DNA from: Nitrospirota bacterium
Lineage (GTDB): Bacteria > UBA2233
Assembly (NCBI GenBank): GCA_011620345.1
Contig: WOZJ01000057.1
Span: forward strand, 1-64,000
Length of the DNA: 64,000 bases
Direction: 5' to 3'
In this document: positions 39,640-48,201 of the stretch, piece by piece
Numbering within the stretch: the first letter of the stretch is position 1
Layout: each line of letters starts with the position of its first letter
Position numbers and translations under genes: made by a program
The notes under the pieces: model-generated
Database searches by the model: none
What the model was told of the DNA's origin: nothing
What the model saw: the letters and a program-made list of their open reading frames with translations, nothing else

Positions 39640-40689
39640 CTAAAGGTGTCTTTGGGTGGCTTCTTTGACGAAGGAGACAAGGAACCTTGCATTGTCCACG
39701 GGCGTTTGAGGGAGCACGCCGTGGCCTAGGTTGAACACGTAGCCCGGCCTGTTGTTTACCTTGCTTAAGATTCTGCCGGTCTCTTTGCGGATTGCCTCCT
39801 TGCTGGCGAGCAGCACGCAAGGGTCGAGGTTTCCTTGTATGGCTAGCCTCTTGGGTATGTTAGGAATTGCCCAGCCCAAATCTAGCGTCCAATCGAGGCT
39901 CACGCCGTCTACGGGAACGCTTGCGATCTCTTCCAGGCTCGAAGCGCAGCCCTTGAAGAACCACACGATCGGCACGCGCCCGCCCAGGCGCTCTTTGAGC
40001 CTGCGTATTACCTCGTACACATAAGGAAGGTCGAAAGCCAGGAAGGCGTCTTTAGAGAGCGTTTCCGACCACGTATCGAACAACTGGATCACATCCACGC
40101 CGGCCTGTGCCTTGGCCTCGAGGTAGGTACAGACCGCATCGGTAAGCTTCTCCAAGAGCCTGTGGGAAAGCTCAGGATCGCCGTATAGCAGCGATTTGGC
40201 CTTTGGGAAGCCTTTTTTGGCGTTTCCCTCGACCATGTAGGCCATGAGCGTCCAGGGCGTGGCCGAGAACCCTATCAGCGGCACCCTGCCTTCGAGCCTT
40301 TCCTTCGTGAGCCGGACCGCCTCGAGCACGTAGCCAAGCCGCTGCTCTATTCCGGAGACCTCGAGTGCTTCGATGTCGCCTGCGTTCGAAAGTCCTTTGC
40401 CCAAGCTCGGGCCGATTTCTTCATTCATGGAAAGCGGCATTCCCATCGCTTCGGGAACGACGAGGATGTCGCTAAAAAGGATGGCCGCATCGACACCAAG
40501 AATGTCAACGGGCTGAATCGTAACCTCGGCCGCGATCTCTGGCGTTTTGACCATCGTAAGGAAGTCGTAGCGGCTTCGGATGGCACGGTATTCGGGCAGG
40601 AAACGGCCGGCTTGCCGCATCATCCACACGGGTGCGCGCTCGGTCGGCTCTCCTTTAAATGCTTGAAGCAGCAAATCGTTCTTGAGCAT
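39640..40689 (-). CDS. hemE: Uroporphyrinogen decarboxylase
   Basis: PVWMMRQAGR, ILFSDIL, QGNLDP, FNLGHG. Confidence 0.97.
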   Translation of the reverse strand: MLKNDLLLQAFKGEPTERAPVWMMRQAGRFLPEYRAIRSRYDFLTMVKTPEIAAEVTIQPVDILGVDAAILFSDILVVPEAMGMPLSMNEEIGPSLGKGLSNAGDIEALEVSGIEQRLGYVLEAVRLTKERLEGRVPLIGFSATPWTLMAYMVEGNAKKGFPKAKSLLYGDPELSHRLLEKLTDAVCTYLEAKAQAGVDVIQLFDTWSETLSKDAFLAFDLPYVYEVIRRLKERLGGRVPIVWFFKGCASSLEEIASVPVDGVSLDWTLDLGWAIPNIPKRLAIQGNLDPCVLLASKEAIRKETGRILSKVNNRPGYVFNLGHGVLPQTPVDNARFLVSFVKEATQRHL

Positions 40690-40761
40690 GGACAAGGTCG
40701 CCTTTTTTGGCTGGTTCGCGTAAGCTTAAAGATACCATACTTGTCTGGCGGGGGAAAAACG

Positions 40762-41685
40762 ATGAGGGTCGAACGGGTTATCCTTGTACGTCCGAGGGGG
40801 TTTTGCGCGGGCGTCGAGAGGGCGCTCGCCATTCTGGAAGTCTTGCTTGAGCGTGTTCCCGAACCCATTTACGTCTTCCATGAGATCGTCCACAACAGCG
40901 TGCTCATCGAGGGGTTCAAGCGTAGGGGCGTGCAATTCGTGAACGACCTTAAAGAGGTGCCCGAAGGGGCGGTATGCGTCTTCTCCGCCCACGGGGTATC
41001 TCCGGAGATCGAGCGGATGGCTAAAGCCCGGAATCTTCGAGTGTTCGATGCTACCTGCCCTCTCGTGACAAAGGTGCACGAGGAGGCTCGGTTGTTTGCC
41101 ATAAGAGGCCTCCGTGTGGTGCTTATCGGCCATAAGGGCCACGAGGAGGTCGAAGGTACAATGGGGCACGCCCCCATGTTCTTGGTCAGTACCGCCAAAG
41201 ATGTCCAGGCGCTCCCGATAAGCCCGGATGAACGCGTGGCGTATTTGACGCAAACCACGCTCAGCCTGGGCGATACGGCCAAGGTTGTGGAAGCCCTTAA
41301 GGCGCGGTTCCCAAACCTCATGGGACCCAAAAAAGAAGATATTTGCTATGCTACATACAACAGACAAATGGCCGTGCAAGCGCTCGCTAGGGTTACGGAT
41401 GTCGTGTTCGTCGTGGGCTCAAAAAACTCCTCGAACTCGCAAAGGCTGGGCGAGGTGGCCAGGGCGGAGGGTGTTCCCGCTTACGTCGTGGATGGGGCCG
41501 AGCACATCGAGCCTTGGATGTTCGAACGGGCCAAGGCAATCGGCGTGACGGCCGGAGCCTCGGCCCCGGAAACGCTGGTTTCCGGTATCGTGAAGCACTT
41601 CGAGGACCTTGGCGCCGAGCGTATCGAAGAACTTGGCGTTGCCGAAGAGTCTATGACCTTCAGGCTACCCAAGATGCCCGCTTAG
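40762..41685 (+). CDS. ispH: 4-hydroxy-3-methylbut-2-enyl diphosphate reductase
   Basis: PRGFCAGV, DATCPLV, ICYAT, SSNS, TAGASAP. Confidence 0.96.
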   Translation: MRVERVILVRPRGFCAGVERALAILEVLLERVPEPIYVFHEIVHNSVLIEGFKRRGVQFVNDLKEVPEGAVCVFSAHGVSPEIERMAKARNLRVFDATCPLVTKVHEEARLFAIRGLRVVLIGHKGHEEVEGTMGHAPMFLVSTAKDVQALPISPDERVAYLTQTTLSLGDTAKVVEALKARFPNLMGPKKEDICYATYNRQMAVQALARVTDVVFVVGSKNSSNSQRLGEVARAEGVPAYVVDGAEHIEPWMFERAKAIGVTAGASAPETLVSGIVKHFEDLGAERIEELGVAEESMTFRLPKMPA

Positions 41686-41747
41686 GCGTTTCGGGGCTAG
41701 TCTTTGCCAAGGTTTTTAATCGGCCGTTGCAACTCTTGAGGTGCTAT

Positions 41748-41763
41748 TGGCATGCAGATTGCT
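41748..41763 (+). promoter_or_regulatory. Sigma54 -24/-12-like motif
   Basis: TGGCATGCAGATTGCT, GG-N10-GC spacing, one mismatch to TGGCACGNNNNTTGCW. Confidence 0.5.
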
Positions 41764-41768
41764 AAGGT

Positions 41769-42419
41769 TTATCGTTCCGTGAGCTCAATCTCTCTACCCT
41801 TCACCTTCACCATTCCCTCCTCTTCGAGCTTTTTAAAGAGCCTCGAGAGGGTTTCCGGCGTTGTACCCAGAAGCAGGGCAATGTCGTGCTTGGGTGCAGG
41901 CAGTCGGATACGGTTTGAGGCCCGCCTGTCGGAAAGATCCTTGAGGTAGGCCAAGAGCCGATGCTTGACCTCCGGGGTGGCCAGGTTCTCCATGGTCCTT
42001 AAAAACCCCTGGATTCGGGCAGTAAGCGCGGCGATGATCTTGAGGCAGAGCTTCGGGTCTTTGGCAAGGAGCACTTCGAAGGTGTTTGCGTGAATGGTGA
42101 GAAGCTCCAAGGGTTCGAGAGCCTGGGCGCTGACCGGATAACGCCCTCCCAAAAAAGGCAGGAGTTCCGCGAAGACCTCGTTTTCCCTGACAAAGTGAAC
42201 CACGAACTCGCTGCCGTCCTGGCGCGTTCGAAACAGCCTTACGCTCCCTTCGAGCATGAAGTAGATGTCTGAGCCAGGCTGCCCCTCCACGAAGAGGATC
42301 GCTTTCTTTGGCACGTTCTTTATCGAACTCGCATGCTCCAAGACAGCCAGTAGCTCTTTATCCTGACTCCCTAGAAACCCGCCAAGAAATCTTTTGATTG
42401 CCTCATCTTTTTTCTGCAT
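41769..42419 (-). CDS. Crp/Fnr family regulator (Dnr/HcpR-like)
   Basis: cNMP-binding barrel + HTH LGTTPETLSR; no N-terminal Cys cluster; alternative start at 42452. Confidence 0.88.
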   Translation of the reverse strand: MQKKDEAIKRFLGGFLGSQDKELLAVLEHASSIKNVPKKAILFVEGQPGSDIYFMLEGSVRLFRTRQDGSEFVVHFVRENEVFAELLPFLGGRYPVSAQALEPLELLTIHANTFEVLLAKDPKLCLKIIAALTARIQGFLRTMENLATPEVKHRLLAYLKDLSDRRASNRIRLPAPKHDIALLLGTTPETLSRLFKKLEEEGMVKVKGREIELTER

Positions 42420-42425
42420 GATTTC

Positions 42426-42439
42426 TTGACGTATATCAA
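42426..42439. promoter_or_regulatory. FNR/Dnr box
   Basis: TTGAC-GTAT-ATCAA between the divergent regulator and cytochrome genes. Confidence 0.75.
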
Positions 42440-42528
42440 TTTTTTTATGCATGGAATATGCTTACGTAGTTACAAGATGACAAAAGCCTGCGTTCTTTAT
42501 CCTAGCCTATAACCAAGGAGGGATGCCA

Positions 42529-43860
42529 ATGAGAAGAATCAGGTGGAGATCATTCCTGGTGTGCTTTTTTTTACTGAACATTCCTGCGAACTTGGCCTTC
42601 GCGAAGGGTTCGGCATGTATTTCTTGCCACACCAACGTAACGCCGAACATCGTTTCAGACTTCCGGCTAAGCAAGCACGCGCCCAATGGGCTCGACTGTT
42701 CCACCTGCCACGGAAGCGAGCATACGGGCCCCCAGGACGTGGCCAACGTCAAGATTCCTACGCCTGCAACGTGCCAAGCCTGCCATCCAACACAGGTCGA
42801 GCAGTTCAGCAAAGGAAAGCATGCCTTCGCGTGGGCCGCAATCACCGCGATGCCCACGATTCATTGGCAGCCGATGGCGTTAATCGAAGGGCAGAAAGGC
42901 TGCGGAGGATGCCACAAGCTCGGGCTCAAATCCGAGCAGGAGATCGCGCAGCTGAAACAAGACGGGCAGATCTTCGGCGTAGCGAGTTGTGATGCCTGCC
43001 ATACCCGTCATACCTTCTCCAAGGCCGAGGCTCAAGAGCCGGAAGCCTGCGAAACCTGCCATATGGGGTTTGACCATCCCCAGTGGGAGATGTATACGGG
43101 CTCGAAGCACGGAGTTCGCTACATGCTAAGACGGGAAGGGGTTTTGCCAGAGACCGCCGCGGCTCCCAAATGCCAGACCTGCCACATGCAGCAAGGAAAC
43201 CACGAGGTCCGGACAGCTTGGGGATTTTTAGCGGTAAAGCTGCCTATTGATGATCCTCAATGGGCAGCCGATCAGGCCCTTATCTTGCAAGGTCTGGGCG
43301 TTCTTGACCCGCAAGGTAATCCGACAGCCAGGCTGGACGCCGTTAAAGCTGCCGACATGGCCAGGCTCGATGCAGAGAGCTTTCAAAAGGAGCGCGAAAG
43401 AATGGTGCAGGTCTGCACCCAGTGCCATTCCGAAAAATTTGCGGGGGGTGAGCTTGCCAAGGGCGATCAGATGGTGCGAGAGACAGACCGGCTGATGGCG
43501 GAAGCTATCCAGATCGTTTCTGGGTTGTACAATGACGGTATTTTAAAAGCACCTGCAGGGTCTACGGCGTCTTATCCGGATATTCTTTCCTTCTACAACG
43601 CGCCCTCTCCCATAGAGCAGACGTTGTTCCATATGTATAATGAGCACAGGATGCGCGCTTTCCAGGGTACGTTCCATGCTAGCCAAGATTATGCCTTATG
43701 GTACGGCTGGGGAGAGATGAATACTGACCTTGTGAACATCCGCTGGATGGCCGATGAGATGCGGAACCGAGCGACGCTGGTAACTCCAACGACGGTGCTC
43801 CCGACTGCGGCTGGGCCATTGGGTAGCCTGCTTGGGTCGTTGCAAAACCTGAAGCGGTGA
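42529..43860 (+). CDS. Octaheme cytochrome c, hydroxylamine oxidoreductase-like family
   Basis: Signal peptide (AFA); 8 CxxCH motifs; CHTRHTFS, CHMGFDHPQWE..SKHG, APKCQTCHM; GGAGG RBS. Confidence 0.85.
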   Translation: MRRIRWRSFLVCFFLLNIPANLAFAKGSACISCHTNVTPNIVSDFRLSKHAPNGLDCSTCHGSEHTGPQDVANVKIPTPATCQACHPTQVEQFSKGKHAFAWAAITAMPTIHWQPMALIEGQKGCGGCHKLGLKSEQEIAQLKQDGQIFGVASCDACHTRHTFSKAEAQEPEACETCHMGFDHPQWEMYTGSKHGVRYMLRREGVLPETAAAPKCQTCHMQQGNHEVRTAWGFLAVKLPIDDPQWAADQALILQGLGVLDPQGNPTARLDAVKAADMARLDAESFQKERERMVQVCTQCHSEKFAGGELAKGDQMVRETDRLMAEAIQIVSGLYNDGILKAPAGSTASYPDILSFYNAPSPIEQTLFHMYNEHRMRAFQGTFHASQDYALWYGWGEMNTDLVNIRWMADEMRNRATLVTPTTVLPTAAGPLGSLLGSLQNLKR

Positions 43861-43903
43861 TGCCTTGTCTCCTAAGCACGCGGGCGAGGTTCCGCCCGCG
43901 TGC

Positions 43904-45097
43904 TTACTCGTTCTCCTGTTCCGGCATAGGCAGCCCGAACACGCCCATCGAGGCAAGCGCCAAGGTGCCGGCAAGGAACGGCAAGAATGCTCCTTTAGGG
44001 TACAAAAGCCCGGATAGAATGCCTCCAAAGGCAGAGCCAAGGAACGCGCACAGGTTGTAAACCCCCGTGATTCGTCCTCTGTTCTTCGGCTCGAGCTTTT
44101 GCGTCAAAAACGCGGGAAGAAGGGCTTGCTCGATCGTATAGCCAAAAAAGAAAACGCCGCTAAACAAAAGCAGTATCCAAGCCTCGGGACGCAAGCTTTG
44201 GACCATATCCCCCAAAAACCCTAGAATGACAAGTGCGAACCCTGTCCACGCGGCCAGCTTGAGGCTTCCTAGCCGCTCGGCACGGCGCACGAAGGGGAAG
44301 GCCAGAATGCCAGCGGGGAGGATCATCATCAGGTAGGCTTTGCCAAGGCCTGCCTTGGAGATGCCGAGGCTTATGAATTCCAAGGGGAGCAGGAAAAAGA
44401 GCGCGTTGAGCGTGAGGGCGAGCACGAAGTTGGCCAAGTAAATCCTCAAGAATTCCTGCCTATTCCAAGAGGAGGAAGCCGAAGGCTGTTCTATGTGCCT
44501 TGGAGAATGCGGAATGTTGGGGAAATACCTGGCAACGAACAGCTCTCCGATCACGCTAAATCCGGCCAAGAGAAAGAAAAGGCCCTTCAGGCCGAGAATC
44601 GGCGCAAGCATCGGGCCGGCCAGGACTCCTAGCATGAAGGCCATGCCGATCGTCATGCCCGTGATCGTGAATGCCTGGGCGCGAACCTCTGGGCGGGTGA
44701 CGTCTCCGATGGCCGCGAGCGCAACCGCCCCGACGGCCCCCGTTCCCTGGAGTGCCCTGGCCAGGATGAGGCCATGAATTCCTTGAGCCAGCCCGCAGAG
44801 GACGCTTCCCACGCCAAAACATGCCAGACCCAAAGATAGCGCAAACCTTCGGCCTTTTTTATCGCTTAGCATACCGAAGGGCAGCTGGAACAACGCTTGC
44901 ATGAGCGGGTAAACCCCGAATGCAAGACCAACCTTGGCCATCGTCGCCCCGGGGTAAGCGAGTGCGTTCGTGCTGAAGATTGGAAGGACTAAAAAAATCC
45001 CGAGCATCCTGAGCGCCATCGTAAAGCTAATCGCGACGACGGCCCGAGCCTCGCTCGTAGAAAGCGGAGTTCTTTGTTTCACAGCGCCGTGTTCCAT
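43904..45097 (-). CDS. MFS transporter (YajR-like)
   Basis: LRMLGIFLVLP, GMLSDKKGRR, ARALQG; about 12 TM. Confidence 0.88.
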   Translation of the reverse strand: MEHGAVKQRTPLSTSEARAVVAISFTMALRMLGIFLVLPIFSTNALAYPGATMAKVGLAFGVYPLMQALFQLPFGMLSDKKGRRFALSLGLACFGVGSVLCGLAQGIHGLILARALQGTGAVGAVALAAIGDVTRPEVRAQAFTITGMTIGMAFMLGVLAGPMLAPILGLKGLFFLLAGFSVIGELFVARYFPNIPHSPRHIEQPSASSSWNRQEFLRIYLANFVLALTLNALFFLLPLEFISLGISKAGLGKAYLMMILPAGILAFPFVRRAERLGSLKLAAWTGFALVILGFLGDMVQSLRPEAWILLLFSGVFFFGYTIEQALLPAFLTQKLEPKNRGRITGVYNLCAFLGSAFGGILSGLLYPKGAFLPFLAGTLALASMGVFGLPMPEQENE

Positions 45098-45222
45098 CGA
45101 GTCTTCCCTAAATTCTCCCTGGTCACTCTACAATAAACCAATAAGCTTTGTCCACCGCATAAAGATTGCGTAAGCTGAAAAGAAACATAGGGTAGACCAA
45201 AAAAACATCGAGGAGGAAGAGC

Positions 45223-46125
45223 ATGGAAATCGGGTTTATTGGCCTGGGAAACATGGGCCTTCCAATGGCAAAGAACCTGCTTAGCGCGGGCCATCGCCTC
45301 ATCGTGTTTAACCGGACGAAAGAGAAGGCTGCAGGGTTCCAGGATGCAAGCGTGCAAATTGCCGAAAGCCCTGGAGAGGTGGCAAGCATGGCCAAAATTG
45401 TGCTTACGATGCTTGCAGACGACAACGCCCTGCGCTCGGTAGTTTACGAACGGGGACTAAACCAAGCCCCGCCTTTCCTAGAGACCTTGCCTCAAGGCGG
45501 GGTGCATGTCTCGATGAGTACGGTCAGCGTCTCCCTGGCTAAAGAGCTTGCAGCCGTTCATGCCCTAAGGGGCCAGGCATTCGTCTCGGCACCGGTTTTC
45601 GGTAGGCCGGATGCTGCCGCGACCAAGAAGCTAGGGGTCGTCGTTGCGGGCGAGGGTACGCTAATCGAAACTCTAAGGCCCGTGTTCGAAGCGCTCGGGC
45701 ATACCACCTTTGTGGTGGGTCAAGAGCCGTACTTGGCTAACCTCTTCAAGATCGGGGGCAACTTTTTGATCATGGGGGCGATCGAGGCGCTCTCCGAGGC
45801 GTTCGCGCTCGTGAAGAAGAACGGGGGCGACCCTGAAGCCTTCTTGAAGGTCGTGAATGCCGCACTGTTTCACTCTCCCCTTTATGAGAACTACGGCGGC
45901 ATGGTGCTTCACGAGCGCTTCGAGCCCTCCGGATTTCGCCTGGAATTGGGCCTCAAAGATGTCAAGCTCGCGCTCGAGGCCTCCGAAGGGGCACGCGTCC
46001 CGCTGCCCTTAGGCGGGCTCGTCAAGGACCGCTTCTTGATGGCACTCGCTTTTGGTCTCGGCCAAAAGGATTGGTCGGCCTTGGGCCTCATGCCGCTTAT
46101 CGAGGCAGGGATCAAAAAGCCCTGA
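45223..46125 (+). CDS. NAD(P)-dependent oxidoreductase, 3-hydroxyisobutyrate dehydrogenase family
   Basis: IGFIGLGNMG, SAPVFG, KIGGN, GLKD. Confidence 0.88.
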   Translation: MEIGFIGLGNMGLPMAKNLLSAGHRLIVFNRTKEKAAGFQDASVQIAESPGEVASMAKIVLTMLADDNALRSVVYERGLNQAPPFLETLPQGGVHVSMSTVSVSLAKELAAVHALRGQAFVSAPVFGRPDAAATKKLGVVVAGEGTLIETLRPVFEALGHTTFVVGQEPYLANLFKIGGNFLIMGAIEALSEAFALVKKNGGDPEAFLKVVNAALFHSPLYENYGGMVLHERFEPSGFRLELGLKDVKLALEASEGARVPLPLGGLVKDRFLMALAFGLGQKDWSALGLMPLIEAGIKKP

Positions 46126-46150
46126 GCCTGCCGTTTGGCCCCCTTCAGGC

Positions 46151-46315
46151 TGCAGGAGGTTCCTTGGGGCGAGGGCCGTACTCTTCGGGATCAAGCCGCC
46201 GCAACCAGCCCAGAGCCTGGTTCGGGCCGGGGCAGATCTATGGAGGGTTCCAACCTACGCCACGCTGGAGCAGGGGCTCCGGGCGGTTCTGGGAGAAGCC
46301 TATAGCTCCAGCTGA
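46151..46315 (+). pseudogene. RsbR-type STAS C-terminal remnant
   Basis: FLGARAVLFGIKP..AQSLVRAGADL..VPTYATLEQGLRA aligns by eye to the C-terminus of the 18956-19813 protein. Confidence 0.7.
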
Positions 46316-46938
46316 GGTTGGTAGAACGAACAATCTTGCTTCAGCGGGCACGGTTTGCATTTTGGGTTCTTGGCGGTGCAAAGAGATTTTCCGTGGTTGA
46401 TCAAAAGGAGTGAAAAGCGGGCGCGCTCTTCTTCGGGCACCATTGCTTCGAGCTCGCGCTCGATCCGTTCGGGGTCTTTGGCCGTTGTAAGCCCAAGCCG
46501 TGTTGCCACCCGCTCAAAATGGCGGTCGACCACGATGCCCGGCAAGCCAAATGCCCCTACGCGCACCACGTTGGCCGTTTTTCGCCCGACCCCACGGAGG
46601 GTCACTAGCGCCTCGAGCGCTTCCGGGACTTGCCCGTGGAACCGTTCAACGAGGTCACTCGATGCCTCTTTGATGGCTCTAGCTTTGCGCTTGTAGAAAT
46701 TAATCTCCTTGATTTTCTCCTCGATCTCGGAAAGGTCCGCCAAGGCCAACGCGTCGGGCGTGGGGAAGCTTGTCAAGAGTTTGGGGGTGATCTCGTTGAC
46801 CTTCTTGTCCGGGGCTTGGGCGGCAAGGATCGCCTTGATCAGGAGCTCGTACGGTGAGCCATGGGTAAGCTCAAGCCGAGGGTTAGGGAAAAGCTCTCTT
46901 AAAGTCTCAAGGATTCGCTGGATTCTAGAGTCCATCAT
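46300..46938 (-). CDS. nth: Endonuclease III
   Basis: HhH LRGVGRKTANV, VDRH, CX6CX2CX5C. Confidence 0.92.
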   Translation of the reverse strand: MMDSRIQRILETLRELFPNPRLELTHGSPYELLIKAILAAQAPDKKVNEITPKLLTSFPTPDALALADLSEIEEKIKEINFYKRKARAIKEASSDLVERFHGQVPEALEALVTLRGVGRKTANVVRVGAFGLPGIVVDRHFERVATRLGLTTAKDPERIERELEAMVPEEERARFSLLLINHGKSLCTAKNPKCKPCPLKQDCSFYQPQLEL

Positions 46939-47411
46939 CCCTGGATCGCTTGAAGGATTAGCTCGATGTGGCCATCGACCTTGACGTTGCGCCAAGCACT
47001 CCTGACAGTCCCGCTTGCATCGAGCAGGAAGCTTGAGCGGATTATGCCCTCCGAGACCTTTCCGAAGCGTTTCTTTTCGCCGAAGGCCCCCCAGGCCCGA
47101 GCGGCCTCTTTATTCGGGTCGGATAACAAAGGGAATGGCAGGCCGTATTTTTTTTGGAAGCGCGCGTGGGATTCCACGGAGTCTGGGCTTATCCCGACCA
47201 CCTGGATCTTGGACCTTGCGAATTCCTCGAAGCGATCCCTAAATGCGATTGCTTCGTTCGTACAGCCGGGCGTACCATCCTTGGGGTAGAAATACACGAC
47301 CAATCCGCCGTCTCCAAAGAGGTCTTCGAGGCGAAACTCTCCTTCTTTTCCGGCTTTATCTACCCCTCTTAGCGCAAAGGTCGGCGCCTTTTGTCCGGCT
47401 ACGAGGTCCAT
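46935..47411 (-). CDS. bcp: Peroxiredoxin BCP/PrxQ
   Basis: YFYPKDGTPGCT, GISPDS. Confidence 0.9.
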   Translation of the reverse strand: MDLVAGQKAPTFALRGVDKAGKEGEFRLEDLFGDGGLVVYFYPKDGTPGCTNEAIAFRDRFEEFARSKIQVVGISPDSVESHARFQKKYGLPFPLLSDPNKEAARAWGAFGEKKRFGKVSEGIIRSSFLLDASGTVRSAWRNVKVDGHIELILQAIQG

Positions 47412-47535
47412 CGGCACTCCTTTTGGGCGGATTGCCCTTATTTGCGTTTTCGTTGTATGCTTACAATAGCAAACCTTTGAGTTCTAGGGAACAAGTAGCC
47501 CGGCAGGGTTAACAAAAAAGGGTACGTTAGCGCAC

Positions 47536-48201
47536 ATGATAGAAAAGAAAGCGCAGTACCGGATGGTCCGGTTTGAAACGGGCCCGTTTGGCGAAAACTG
47601 TTATGTTATCGGGTCGCAAACGACCAAAAAGGCGATTATGGTCGACCCCGGAGACGAGATTGACAGAGTTCAACGGGCCGTAGAGCACGAAGGGTTTACG
47701 CTCGAGGCGATCCTTTTGACCCATGGCCATATCGATCACGCCGTCGGCTTGGCTGACATCAAGGAAAGAACGAAGGCGCCCGTCTATTACCACGAGCTCG
47801 AGTCCTCAATGGTTCGGGGACTTGCCATGCAAGGCCTCATGTTTGGCTTGAGGGCAAAGAACGGCCCACCGCCGGATTATGCGCTCAAGGGTGGTGAAAC
47901 GCTAAATTTGATCGAGCTTGCGATAAACGTCCTGCACACCCCGGGTCATACAGCCGGCGAGGTTTGTTTTTGGGTTCCCGCGCTCAGCTGGTTGATTTCG
48001 GGGGATGTCTTGTTCCAAGGCTCGATCGGCAGGACAGACTTGCCAGGGGGCGATTACGCCACGTTGATCGGTTCCATTCAAAAAAAACTCCTTGTCTTGC
48101 CTGAAGAAACGGTAGTGTTCCCGGGCCATGGCCCCAAGACGACAATCGGGCAAGAAAAACGCACCAACCCGTTTCTCATGGGGCTTTCGCCCGCCCCATG
48201 A
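47536..48201 (+). CDS. MBL-fold metallohydrolase (glyoxalase II-like)
   Basis: THGHIDH, TPGHT, GDVLF, PGHG. Confidence 0.9.
   Translation: MIEKKAQYRMVRFETGPFGENCYVIGSQTTKKAIMVDPGDEIDRVQRAVEHEGFTLEAILLTHGHIDHAVGLADIKERTKAPVYYHELESSMVRGLAMQGLMFGLRAKNGPPPDYALKGGETLNLIELAINVLHTPGHTAGEVCFWVPALSWLISGDVLFQGSIGRTDLPGGDYATLIGSIQKKLLVLPEETVVFPGHGPKTTIGQEKRTNPFLMGLSPAP

Noticed and set aside
46935-47411. BCP with a single Cys
   Set aside because: 1-Cys BCP/PrxQ variants are well known.
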